Shown one piece after another: positions 33,772-42,399 of a stretch of 64,000 bases of DNA. Source of the DNA: Vicinamibacterales bacterium (GTDB lineage Bacteria; Acidobacteriota; Vicinamibacteria; Vicinamibacterales; UBA2999); assembly GCA_050183355.1 (NCBI GenBank), contig JBFXBH010000001.1, forward strand, positions 38,840 through 102,839, read 5' to 3'. The first letter of the stretch is position 1, and each line of letters begins with the position of its first letter. The position numbers and the translations under genes are program-made. The notes below the pieces were generated by a model. That model did no database searches, was not told where the DNA came from, and saw only the letters and a program-made list of their open reading frames with translations.

Positions 33772-34926
33772 CTACCGGCCGGCCGTCATGGCCGGGGCGG
33801 GCGCGATGATGAAACGGGTTCCCGCAAGCGCGGGATACTGTGCCGAGAGCCGGGAGGCGATCGCCGCGGCTGTCCCGGGCAGGAACGACATGACAACGGG
33901 CACGCCGGGCTCGAGCGCCGCCGGCGTCCGGATCGGCGCACCGGCAACCGTCTGCCCCTCCCGCGCCTCGTCCTCGTCGACGAAGCAGACGGGCGGCGTG
34001 GCGAACTGCGTGGCCATCCACAGACCGGCCATACCGGTACCGAAGATCGCGAAGGGACGATCGCCGACTTCGCGATCGATGGCCTCCATCGCCGTGCGGA
34101 TCCAGGGGAAGACGTCTGCGAGCATCTCGGTCTCGAGCGCCGGGGCCTCGCCCTTCTCCAGAAGGAGCGTGAGGCAGTTGTGTACCCAGGCCCGGCCGTC
34201 GACGGCGATGCGCAGACCGGCGCGTGCGCACGTACGCGCCAGCTGCGAGGGGCCGAAATGCGACTCGTGATCGACAACCGCGAGGTCGAAGGGGTTGCGG
34301 ACCACATCGGGCACCTGAATCAGCACGCGTCCACCCGGTGCGAGCTTCGCCGCAATCGCCGAGAGCAGCGACGCCGGATCGGGGACGTGCTCCAACGTGT
34401 GCCAGAGCACCGCGAGGTCGAAGTTGCCTTCCGGCACGGCGGTGAAGTCTCCGGACCAGAATCCACGCACCCCGGGCATCCCCTCGATCTCGGCCCTGAA
34501 CTTGTCCCCGACGTCGAAGCCGTAGAGAGACCAGCCCGGCAGCAGCGCCTGCGCGGACTTCAGCACGGCGCCATTGCCCGTGCCCACATCAAGCAGCCGG
34601 CCTGTCGCGGGCAGTCGTGGCACGCACTGCTCGATACAGTGGTACGTGCGGGGGCGCGGCGGCAAGCCTGGAGGAAACACGAGCTGCTCACGCCCGCCGG
34701 AGAGGTGGTGCGCCTGGTAGGTCGCGTAGATCCGATCGATCGCGGTCCGCTCATCCGGAGTCGGGGCCTTCTGCAGATGCCCGCACGCGCTGCACTGCCA
34801 GATCACGGCAGGCAGGTCGCAGGGCAGCGAATCGGAGGTGACCGACGCGGCCCGCAGCCCGAGCGTGCCGAGACGACCGACGGATTGCGCGCCGCAGGCG
34901 TGACAGGCGTGCGGGGTCTCACTCAT
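33772..34926 (-). CDS. Zn-ribbon SAM-dependent methyltransferase (NDP-sugar C-methyltransferase-like architecture), 384 aa
   Basis: Full ORF. CHAC..CSAC ribbon, LLDVGTGNGAVL, LAVLWHTLEHVPDP, plus an extra ~130-aa C-terminal Rossmann-like domain (FAIFGTGMAGLW). Confidence 0.8.
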   Translation of the reverse strand: MSETPHACHACGAQSVGRLGTLGLRAASVTSDSLPCDLPAVIWQCSACGHLQKAPTPDERTAIDRIYATYQAHHLSGGREQLVFPPGLPPRPRTYHCIEQCVPRLPATGRLLDVGTGNGAVLKSAQALLPGWSLYGFDVGDKFRAEIEGMPGVRGFWSGDFTAVPEGNFDLAVLWHTLEHVPDPASLLSAIAAKLAPGGRVLIQVPDVVRNPFDLAVVDHESHFGPSQLARTCARAGLRIAVDGRAWVHNCLTLLLEKGEAPALETEMLADVFPWIRTAMEAIDREVGDRPFAIFGTGMAGLWMATQFATPPVCFVDEDEAREGQTVAGAPIRTPAALEPGVPVVMSFLPGTAAAIASRLSAQYPALAGTRFIIAPAPAMTAGR

Positions 34927-35747
34927 GCGTCAGGTCCTCCGAGAACGGCGTCGCGGCAGCGCAGACAGGTGTCGCTGCACACGGTGAGCCGCGGCTGCTC
35001 GCGGATCACGCGCGCCAGCCGGTCGATGAGCGCGGGCAGCGGCGCGGCGGCAAGGTCCGCCGCGCCAAGGCCCGTGCGTGTGAACAAGTCGTCACAGTAC
35101 GGCTGAAGCCGGTCGAACCCTTTCGAGCATCCGGCCACCCGGATCCGCCGGACGCGGTCGTCGCGGTCGACGTTCCAGCGGATGAACGGCCGGCGGCCGG
35201 CCCGCTCCTCGGCCACGTGGACGGCGGTGCAGCTGGCGAGCCCGACGCCGGCGAACAGGACGAATCCCCCGCGGGCGGCGAGCCGTTCGAGCGGGAGGTT
35301 GGTGGTGTCCCACGGGTGCGGCGTCACGAGCGCGTGCGCCCCGTCGCCGTGTGCGACCCAGGAATGCCAGGGATGATCGCTCCGCTCGGTTCCGGGGAGG
35401 GCGGCCAGCGCGCGCGGCACGGCGCCCATCTTCGGGTCGATGGATGCCGTTTCACGTACCCACGGCACGCGGGGCCGGTTCCAGTGATCGTAGTACGCGT
35501 AGTCGCAGCCGTTGACGGGCGGCCGGTCGTCGGCGGGCGGCTCCCAGTTCGAGTCGAAGCAGAAGGCAGGGGCCATGACCACCGGGCATGCCCCGGCCAG
35601 ACTCGCGGCGACCGTCGCGGCGCCGCCATCAACGTATCCGAACGACCGCAACGAGGCGTGGATGACCACGGGGTGTCCGGCAACGCCGAGCCGCGCGAGG
35701 GCGTCACGGATGTCGGCCGCCGTCACGGCCGGCGACGTCGCGCTCAT
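34923..35747 (-). CDS. AAC(3)-family (Antibiotic_NAT-like) N-acetyltransferase, ~274 aa
   Basis: ORF 34923-36065 trimmed to ATG 35747 (MSATSPAV; ATGA overlap at both ends). LARLGVAGHPVVIHASLRSFGYVDGGAATV, MGAVPRALAALPGTERSDHPWHSWVAHG, VLFAGVGLASCTAVHVAEE follow the AAC(3) block pattern as I remember it. Confidence 0.65.
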   Translation of the reverse strand: MSATSPAVTAADIRDALARLGVAGHPVVIHASLRSFGYVDGGAATVAASLAGACPVVMAPAFCFDSNWEPPADDRPPVNGCDYAYYDHWNRPRVPWVRETASIDPKMGAVPRALAALPGTERSDHPWHSWVAHGDGAHALVTPHPWDTTNLPLERLAARGGFVLFAGVGLASCTAVHVAEERAGRRPFIRWNVDRDDRVRRIRVAGCSKGFDRLQPYCDDLFTRTGLGAADLAAAPLPALIDRLARVIREQPRLTVCSDTCLRCRDAVLGGPDA

Positions 35748-36952
35748 CGAAGAAACGCCGCCTCCACCTTCGCCACGGCGGCCACGATGTCGTCCGCCTC
35801 CTCGCGCGTGAAGTGCTCGTTGAAGAGGATGTTGAAGTGCTCCTCCCGCCAGGCCGTCGCGTTCGGCGTGTCCTTCGCGCCGTCCAGATACGGCCGGACC
35901 CACGGCCACTCGGAGACGACGTAGCGGTAGTCGTGGTTCAGGTCGATGCCTTCGGCCCGCACGGCGAGCGCGAACTCCTGCTTGCCGCAGGTCAGACGCG
36001 ACCGGTCGACACGGATCGGATAGTAGAACGGCGAATCGTCCCGCGACACCGGTGCCCCGACGCACGCCTGCGTCCCGGCCGCGAGCCGCTCACGCAGATA
36101 CTCGAGAAACGCCACCCTGCGGCTGATCGTCTCCGGCAGCTTCTCCAGCGACCGTATGCCGATGGCGCATGACAGCTCGTCGAGGTTGAAATTCAGCGCA
36201 GGTCCCAGGAACGTCGTCGGATCCTTGTCGTCGAAGCCGGGCTCCCAGAACGGCTTCCCGCGATCCGCGTGCGCCCGCAGACGGCGATACCAGGTCTCGG
36301 AGCGCGAGAACGTCACGCCGCCGCATCCGCCGGTGGCATGCGCTTTCCGGTACATCGTCGAAAACGCGGCGACGTCGCCGAACGTGCCGACCTGCGCGCC
36401 CTGCCAGCGCGCGCCATGCGCCTGGGAACAGTCCTCGAGGAGGATGGCGTCGTGGGCGCGGCAGAACTCCGCGATCGGCCCGGCGGCCGCCGCCTGACCC
36501 GCCGCATGCACGAGTACGGCGGCGCGCACACCGTCCTGCCACCGGGCTTCGACTTCGGCCGGCCCCGCGTTCGGCGTTCCCGGCTCGCTGTCCAGCAGGA
36601 CGGGGACCAGGTTGTTGAGGATGATGGCGCTGATGGTCCCGGGATCGGTGATCGGCGAGACGAGCACGCGGGCGCCCTTCGGCAGTTCCATGGCGGCCAG
36701 CGCGACAAAGAGCGCCGCCGTGCCCGTGCTGACGGCGTCGGCGTAGCCCGGCACGCCCATCGCCCGGACGAAGGCGTCCGTATAGCGCCGCTCGTAGGTG
36801 TCCTGGTAGCCGAAGTCCGCCTGGCGGCCGCGATAGTGCGCGAGGAACCCGTCGAGCACCTGCATGTCGTCCGGACCGACGAACGCCAGACGGGCCGGCA
36901 TGCGCCTGGTCCGCACCGGCGTGCCACCGTGGATCGCAAGCGGCGATGCCAT
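35744..36952 (-). CDS. DegT-like PLP-dependent sugar aminotransferase/dehydratase, 402 aa
   Basis: Full ORF. AVSTGTAALFVALAAMELPKGARVLVSPITDP, ILLEDCSQAHGA, FSTMYRKAHATGGCGG (PLP lysine). Confidence 0.85.
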   Translation of the reverse strand: MASPLAIHGGTPVRTRRMPARLAFVGPDDMQVLDGFLAHYRGRQADFGYQDTYERRYTDAFVRAMGVPGYADAVSTGTAALFVALAAMELPKGARVLVSPITDPGTISAIILNNLVPVLLDSEPGTPNAGPAEVEARWQDGVRAAVLVHAAGQAAAAGPIAEFCRAHDAILLEDCSQAHGARWQGAQVGTFGDVAAFSTMYRKAHATGGCGGVTFSRSETWYRRLRAHADRGKPFWEPGFDDKDPTTFLGPALNFNLDELSCAIGIRSLEKLPETISRRVAFLEYLRERLAAGTQACVGAPVSRDDSPFYYPIRVDRSRLTCGKQEFALAVRAEGIDLNHDYRYVVSEWPWVRPYLDGAKDTPNATAWREEHFNILFNEHFTREEADDIVAAVAKVEAAFLR

Positions 36953-37428
36953 CAGACGATCGCGCCCGCCTGGCGGGCCGCGCCAAGCGCCAGGTCCCAG
37001 GCGCGGATCAGGAAATCGGGAACGGCGTACCGGTCGGCGTCCTCTCGCTTCAGGAACTCGAGCGCCTGCCCTTCGTGACAGACGATGGGTTGCACGTCAT
37101 CGTAGACGGCCCAGAACACGGCCACGCTGAACAGCGGGTGGTCGGGAGGCTGATCCTCGAACCGCGCGAGCCAGTGCAGGTCGCCGAGCCTGTACTCCGT
37201 CTCCTCCAGAAACTCACGCCGCGCGGTACTCTCAATCGGCTCGTCCGGCTCGCTGTGGCCGCCGGGCAGCACCCACATGTTCGCGTGGCTGAGCCCGGGC
37301 TTGTCGTCCCTGAGCTGCATCAGCGCGGCACCGTCCCGGCGCAGCAGCGCGATGGCGGCAACACGATCCGTGCCGCGGCTCATGTCGTCGACACGGTCGA
37401 ACACGAACGTGTGCGGGGCGGTGCCCAT
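36952..37428 (-). CDS. NUDIX hydrolase, 158 aa
   Basis: Full ORF. Nudix box GGHSEPDEPIESTARREFLEETEY. Confidence 0.85.
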   Translation of the reverse strand: MGTAPHTFVFDRVDDMSRGTDRVAAIALLRRDGAALMQLRDDKPGLSHANMWVLPGGHSEPDEPIESTARREFLEETEYRLGDLHWLARFEDQPPDHPLFSVAVFWAVYDDVQPIVCHEGQALEFLKREDADRYAVPDFLIRAWDLALGAARQAGAIV

Positions 37429-38318
37429 CAGCCGCGCCGCGCCGCCTCCACGCTCCGCCTCAGTCCGTCGGCAAGCGTGGTCATCTGGAGATCGGGAAAC
37501 GCCTGGATGCGCGCGGTCACGTCGAAGTGGCGATGCGTGATCGGGTTCGCGCGGGGGGACGGCTCGATCGCGACCGGTCGGCCGGCGAGCTCCGCGACCG
37601 TGCGCGCCACCTCGGCGAATGCGTGAGAGGTGCCCGTCACGAGGTTCAGCACGCCCGAAGAACGACGCTGCAGCACGAGACGGATGATGGTTGCGACGTC
37701 CTCGATGAAGACGTGATCGCGCTGCTCCTCCCCGCCACCAAAGAGCGCGATCCTGCCGTCGACGAGCGCCGTCCTGACGAAGCGGTTCGGGCCGTAGGCG
37801 TTGTGGGTGTCGCCGGGGCCGTACAGGATCGACGGCCGCAGCAGCGCGAGCGGCGTCTTCGACGCCCGCATCGACTCGATCAGCATGCGCTCACGTGTCA
37901 TGTGCATGACGCCATGAAACGACGAGGGCTGCGCGCACGACGACTCGCGCACGGGGTTGGCGTCGTCGTGATACACGGCGTCGCTGCCGACGTGCACCAC
38001 ATGGGCCACCGGCGACGCGGCCAGCGCGGCGCACACGTGCTGCACCATCTGCAGGTTGCGCATCAGCGTCGCGATGTCGCGCCCCCGGTCCGGCGTCAGG
38101 CCGGACACGATGACGACGGCATCCTCCGGCCTGAAACGGGCACGCAGGGCCTCGACCGATGCGGGGTCGGTGAGATCGATGTCGGTTGACGCGATCGCCT
38201 CGACCGGAACGCCCGCCGCCTGGAGACCGGCCACCGTGTAGCGCCCGACGAAGCCGCGGCTGCCGAGCACGACGGCGCGCGATGGCGCGCCGGAGATGGA
38301 ATCAAGATGAGTCAACAT
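37428..38318 (-). CDS. NAD(P)-dependent sugar reductase/epimerase (extended SDR), 296 aa
   Basis: Full ORF. VVLGSRGFVGRY, GSDAVY, LLRPSILYGPGD. Confidence 0.8.
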   Translation of the reverse strand: MLTHLDSISGAPSRAVVLGSRGFVGRYTVAGLQAAGVPVEAIASTDIDLTDPASVEALRARFRPEDAVVIVSGLTPDRGRDIATLMRNLQMVQHVCAALAASPVAHVVHVGSDAVYHDDANPVRESSCAQPSSFHGVMHMTRERMLIESMRASKTPLALLRPSILYGPGDTHNAYGPNRFVRTALVDGRIALFGGGEEQRDHVFIEDVATIIRLVLQRRSSGVLNLVTGTSHAFAEVARTVAELAGRPVAIEPSPRANPITHRHFDVTARIQAFPDLQMTTLADGLRRSVEAARRG

Positions 38319-38612
38319 GTCATACCGTCACGCGGGACGCCGCGCAGAACATTGCTGGTTGGACGTGCGAACGCGGATCGCGATCGCGACCGGCGCGAGA
38401 GCCTCGACCACCGGCGGACGCACGCGGACTGGAGATTGCGCGGCGCGCGGTATCCCTGGACCGTATGGAAGACCGGAAGGCAGACCAGCACGTCGGCGAG
38501 CAGGTCGTTCAGGCCGTGACACGGCGAAGCGCCGCAGCGGAGCCGTCGCCTGACGCGCCTCCACCCGCACCGAGCGGGCTGCCGCGACGACCCCGGCGCT
38601 GGCTCCCATCGA

Positions 38613-39914
38613 TCATGCCGACGGCAGCGTGCCGGTGCCGAGCCGCCGATGCTCGAGGCCCGCGCCACGCGCGGCGTCCGGCGTCAGCACCCCGAAGGGA
38701 TCGACGACGACCCGGCCGCGCATCGCCGACGCCAGGGTGACCGGGTCGACCTGACCGAACTCCGGCCAGGGCGTCATGATCGCCAGCAGATCCACGCCAC
38801 GCACGGCGTCGAGCGCCGTTCCGGTCCGGGTGACGCCGCGTGGCGTCTCGGCTTCGGCCACGGCGGGATCGTACGCGCGGATCTCGAAGCCGGGAAGGGC
38901 CGCGATGAGCGCCAGCGCGGGCGAGTTCTTCGTGAACTGGGTGTGCTCCTTGTAGGCAAGGCCCCAGATGCCGAGCACCGTCCCGGGAGTCCCAAGGCCA
39001 TGCGCGTACAACGTACGCAACGCCCAGTCCCGCCGATACTCGCTGTGCACCAGCCACGTCTCGACGAGGCCGGCATCCGTCCCGTTCGCGCCCGCGAGCG
39101 CCTGCACGGACGCAAGATCACGTGTGAGGTTGCCGCCGCCGATGCCCAGGCCCGGCGTGAGATACGCGTGCGGGCCGATCCGGCGGTCCAGCCGGAGCGC
39201 GGGCGCGATCTCCCGCCAGTCGGCGCCGATCGACTCGCAGACCTCCGCCAGCATGTTGGTGGTCGAGACAGACGACACCAGAAACATGTTGATACTGATC
39301 TTGCAGAGCTCGGCGCTCTCGTACCGCATCGGCAGGACCGGACAGCCAAACGACTCGAGGAACTGCCGCAGTGCCGGCGGCAGGGGCTCGGCCGGATCGG
39401 CCAACCCGACCATGAACCGCTCCGGCTCCATCGCGCGTTCGACGGCACGACCGAAGATCAGCGTCTCGACCTGGTAGTACAGCCGCGCCCCGGACGCCTC
39501 CGCCTGCTCGCGTTCCGCGCGCGTGAAACCGGGAATCACCTGACTGAGGACGACGATGGATGCACCCGGCTTCACGGCCGCGGCCACCGTCGAGACGAGC
39601 GCGCGGACGGGAGCCACATCGCTCCGGCCACGGGCGTCGGTCGGCACGTCGACCGCGATGAACACCACATCGCAGTGCCGGAGCGCGCCGGGATCCGCCG
39701 ACGCCGTGAATCGCGGCGCCGCCGTCGCGAACAGCGCATCGAGACCCGGCTCGACAAACCGGAACCGGCCAGCCGCCACGTCCGTGACCAGCACGGCGTC
39801 CGGATCGAACCCGACGGTCTCGAAGCCCTTCGCGGCCGCGGCCAGGCCGGACACCACACCCAGGTGTGTCAGACCGGCATAGCCGATGACGGGTCGCGCG
39901 GCGCCCGCCGTCAC
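38613..39914 (-). CDS. UDP-glucose/GDP-mannose dehydrogenase-family protein, atypical active site, ~433 aa
   Basis: ORF 38613-40007 trimmed to GTG 39914 (GTGA overlap). VIGYAGLTHLGVVSGL, VVFIAVDVPTD, YESAELCKISINMFL, and a C-terminal UDP-binding-like WGLAYKEHT. The canonical GxGGxCxPKD is replaced by GLGIGGGNLTRD. Confidence 0.8.
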   Translation of the reverse strand: MTAGAARPVIGYAGLTHLGVVSGLAAAAKGFETVGFDPDAVLVTDVAAGRFRFVEPGLDALFATAAPRFTASADPGALRHCDVVFIAVDVPTDARGRSDVAPVRALVSTVAAAVKPGASIVVLSQVIPGFTRAEREQAEASGARLYYQVETLIFGRAVERAMEPERFMVGLADPAEPLPPALRQFLESFGCPVLPMRYESAELCKISINMFLVSSVSTTNMLAEVCESIGADWREIAPALRLDRRIGPHAYLTPGLGIGGGNLTRDLASVQALAGANGTDAGLVETWLVHSEYRRDWALRTLYAHGLGTPGTVLGIWGLAYKEHTQFTKNSPALALIAALPGFEIRAYDPAVAEAETPRGVTRTGTALDAVRGVDLLAIMTPWPEFGQVDPVTLASAMRGRVVVDPFGVLTPDAARGAGLEHRRLGTGTLPSA

Positions 39915-40840
39915 GCCAGCATCTCCACGCCGAGGGAGCGTCCCAGTCCGTTCAGCACGCCGTTGATCCAGATGTCGTTGTCGATGTTCGATCCGCCGCG
40001 GCGGCACAGGCTGCGGAAGTAGTCGTACTCACGGACCCAGGTCGGATCCTTCTGCTCAAGCGTGACGATCTCTTCGTCGGGCTTGCCGCTCGGCAGCACG
40101 CGTCCACGGAGCACCAGCGAGGTCGGACCCCATTTGCAGAGCCCGGTGACGTGCAGGCTGCCCCGCTCGCCCACCAGGTCGAGTCCGAACGCATTCCGCC
40201 ACGAGAGCAGCGTGCCTTCCAGCTTGACCACGGGCGACGACTCCGGAAAACCCATCAGGAAGTAGTCGTACGCGGCGTTCTCATACTTCTGTACCGTCCA
40301 GACCTGCGGCGCGCCGGCGGGCCGTCCGAACCAGAAGAGCACGAGGTCGAGCATGTGGGAAGCGAGGTCCGGGATCACGCCGAGCCCCTTGTCCCGCCAT
40401 GGCGAGTTGCGCACGTCCCGCGCGGTGCCGTTGCCGTAGAACATGCGGCAGTGGTACACGCGCCCGATCCGATCCTCGTCCAGATAGCGCTTCACCGTTT
40501 CGAGATGGGGCTCGAATCGATGGTTGTAGGCCGTGTAGCAGACGGCGCCCGTGCGCGCGGCAAGGGCCTTGAGTGTCTCCAGGTCCGCATCCACGGCAGC
40601 CACCAGCGGCTTCTCGACGAGAACGTGCTTGCCGTGTGACAGGAGGTACGTCAGCAGCTCGACCTTCGGCCCGTCCGGCGTGCAGACGAGGGCGGCGTCG
40701 TAATCGCCGAGCGGCACGTCCTCGATCCGCGTCCAGGTCGCGCCGGCGGCCACCGGATCGACGGCACCGATGCCGTCCGGTCCCGCCACGGCGAGTCGTT
40801 TCCGCCCCTGGATGCCGAGACCGACGATGACGGACTTCAT
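39911..40840 (-). CDS. Gfo/Idh/MocA-family NAD(P) oxidoreductase, ~309 aa
   Basis: ORF 39911-40924 trimmed to ATG 40840 (MKSVIVGLGIQGRKR; ATGA overlap). HVLVEKPL, AYNHRFEP. Confidence 0.8.
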   Translation of the reverse strand: MKSVIVGLGIQGRKRLAVAGPDGIGAVDPVAAGATWTRIEDVPLGDYDAALVCTPDGPKVELLTYLLSHGKHVLVEKPLVAAVDADLETLKALAARTGAVCYTAYNHRFEPHLETVKRYLDEDRIGRVYHCRMFYGNGTARDVRNSPWRDKGLGVIPDLASHMLDLVLFWFGRPAGAPQVWTVQKYENAAYDYFLMGFPESSPVVKLEGTLLSWRNAFGLDLVGERGSLHVTGLCKWGPTSLVLRGRVLPSGKPDEEIVTLEQKDPTWVREYDYFRSLCRRGGSNIDNDIWINGVLNGLGRSLGVEMLA

Positions 40841-42399
40841 GCGAACCGGATGCGCTTCTCGATGGCGCTGAGCTTCGCCCGGACCTGATCCGGCGTGACC
40901 GGCGTGTTGCCGTCGTGCTCGCACGCGATGCCGGCAGCCATCGTCCCGAGGATGGACGCCACGACCGGGTCGCCGGTCGCGCGCAGCGACAGCGTGGCGT
41001 AGGAAAGCAGCGCGTCACCGGACCCGACCGGATCCACGACGTGGTCCGCGAACGCGTCGATCGTGAAGAACGAACGGATGTCGGGCGACGGCGCGCGATA
41101 CGTGATGATCCCGCGTGCGCCCATCTTGAGGATGAGCACCTTGCAGCCGGCGCGTTTGTAGAGGTCCAGCGCCAGCGGGCGCACGACAGAGTCCTGGTCC
41201 GCGAGGGAGAAGCGCGCTTCCTTCTCGTTCGGCGTGATCAGATCGAAGCCGTGGAAGTCGAGCACGTTGCCCCACCGGCTTGCGACCTGGCTGTCGGCCA
41301 CGCGCAGCGGACCCTGACGGAGGGCGGCGATGAGCGACGGAATCGTGCCACGGCCGAAGATCCCGTGGCGGAAGTCGCTGAAGACGTAGGCGTCGACCTC
41401 GGTCGCGCCGAGCTGTTCGCCGAACTGCGCGACGATCTTCTCCGAGATCGGCCGGTTGTCGACACGATCCACCTTCAGCAGGCGGTATCCGTTGGCGATA
41501 TAGGCGGCCTTGTTGGTTGTCGGACGGGTCGGATCGATGACGGGGAGACAGCGCACACCGTGCCGCTCCATCTCGCCCAGCACGAAGTCCTTGTGCGCGT
41601 CGTCGCCGAGGACGGTGGAGAACGTCACCTCCGCTCCGGCGGCGCGGATATGACGCGCGACCACGGCGGCTCCTCCGGCGAAGTCCGCCTGCTCCTCGAA
41701 CTTCACGCTGAGGGTCGGCGTCTTGCTCGTGCTCGATCCGATCGGCGTGGTGTAGCAGTAGGAGTCGACGATGGTGTCGCCGAGCACATGCACGCGCAGC
41801 CCCCGGCATTTCTCGAGCGCCTCGCGCAGGCCGTCGAAGGTCACGCCCTCCGACTCCATCAGCGCCATAAGCTTCTCGACACCGATGCTGGGAGGGGTCT
41901 CCTCGATGAAACGCGATGAGGAGTACACGACGTCGCCGGGCGTGAAGAGCACTTCCCCGCCGAAGCTCGCCAGGACATCGACCTCTTCCTGCGTCTTCGG
42001 ATGGAGCTTGCCGCTCTCCGTATACTCGAAGCCCTTGGCGAAGTAGTCCGGTTGCAGGAACGCGAGGTTATCCAGCGGTGTCGGCTGATCGTCAACAATG
42101 ACGTAGTCGACCACCTCCAGCGCCGCCAGGTTCATCGCACGCAGCTGTTGCGGCACGAACGGACGGTAATGCGCCTTGAGGATGAACGCGTCCGAGGTGA
42201 GACTCGCCACCAGCACGTCGGCCTTCGAGCGCGCGTACATCAGGTGCCGCAGATGACCCGGGTGCACGAGGTCAAACGTGCCGTGGCACATGATGACCTT
42301 CCGGGCGCGGGGCCGCGACCCGATGATCTCGCGCAGCTCCTCGCGCGTCTTGATCTTGCGCCGGAAGCGGTCGTCCGTTCCGTCGTGCATCGGAATCAT
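40837..42399 (-). CDS. Bifunctional sugar-phosphate nucleotidyltransferase (N-terminal) / PfkB-type sugar kinase (C-terminal), HldE-like with inverted domain order, ~520 aa
   Basis: ORF 40837-42465 trimmed to ATG 42399 (ATGA overlap). N-terminus: VIMCHGTFDLVHPGHLRHLMYARS (HxGH cytidylyltransferase fold). C-terminus: VLGDTIVDSY.., ITPNEKEA, DPVGSGDALLSY (PfkB signature). Confidence 0.85.
   Translation of the reverse strand: MIPMHDGTDDRFRRKIKTREELREIIGSRPRARKVIMCHGTFDLVHPGHLRHLMYARSKADVLVASLTSDAFILKAHYRPFVPQQLRAMNLAALEVVDYVIVDDQPTPLDNLAFLQPDYFAKGFEYTESGKLHPKTQEEVDVLASFGGEVLFTPGDVVYSSSRFIEETPPSIGVEKLMALMESEGVTFDGLREALEKCRGLRVHVLGDTIVDSYCYTTPIGSSTSKTPTLSVKFEEQADFAGGAAVVARHIRAAGAEVTFSTVLGDDAHKDFVLGEMERHGVRCLPVIDPTRPTTNKAAYIANGYRLLKVDRVDNRPISEKIVAQFGEQLGATEVDAYVFSDFRHGIFGRGTIPSLIAALRQGPLRVADSQVASRWGNVLDFHGFDLITPNEKEARFSLADQDSVVRPLALDLYKRAGCKVLILKMGARGIITYRAPSPDIRSFFTIDAFADHVVDPVGSGDALLSYATLSLRATGDPVVASILGTMAAGIACEHDGNTPVTPDQVRAKLSAIEKRIRFA

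Noticed and set aside
38312-38668. 118-aa minus-strand ORF spanning the 294-bp gap
   Set aside because: It is R/C/S-rich, overlaps the 3' end of the UGDH-like gene, and has no recognisable domain.
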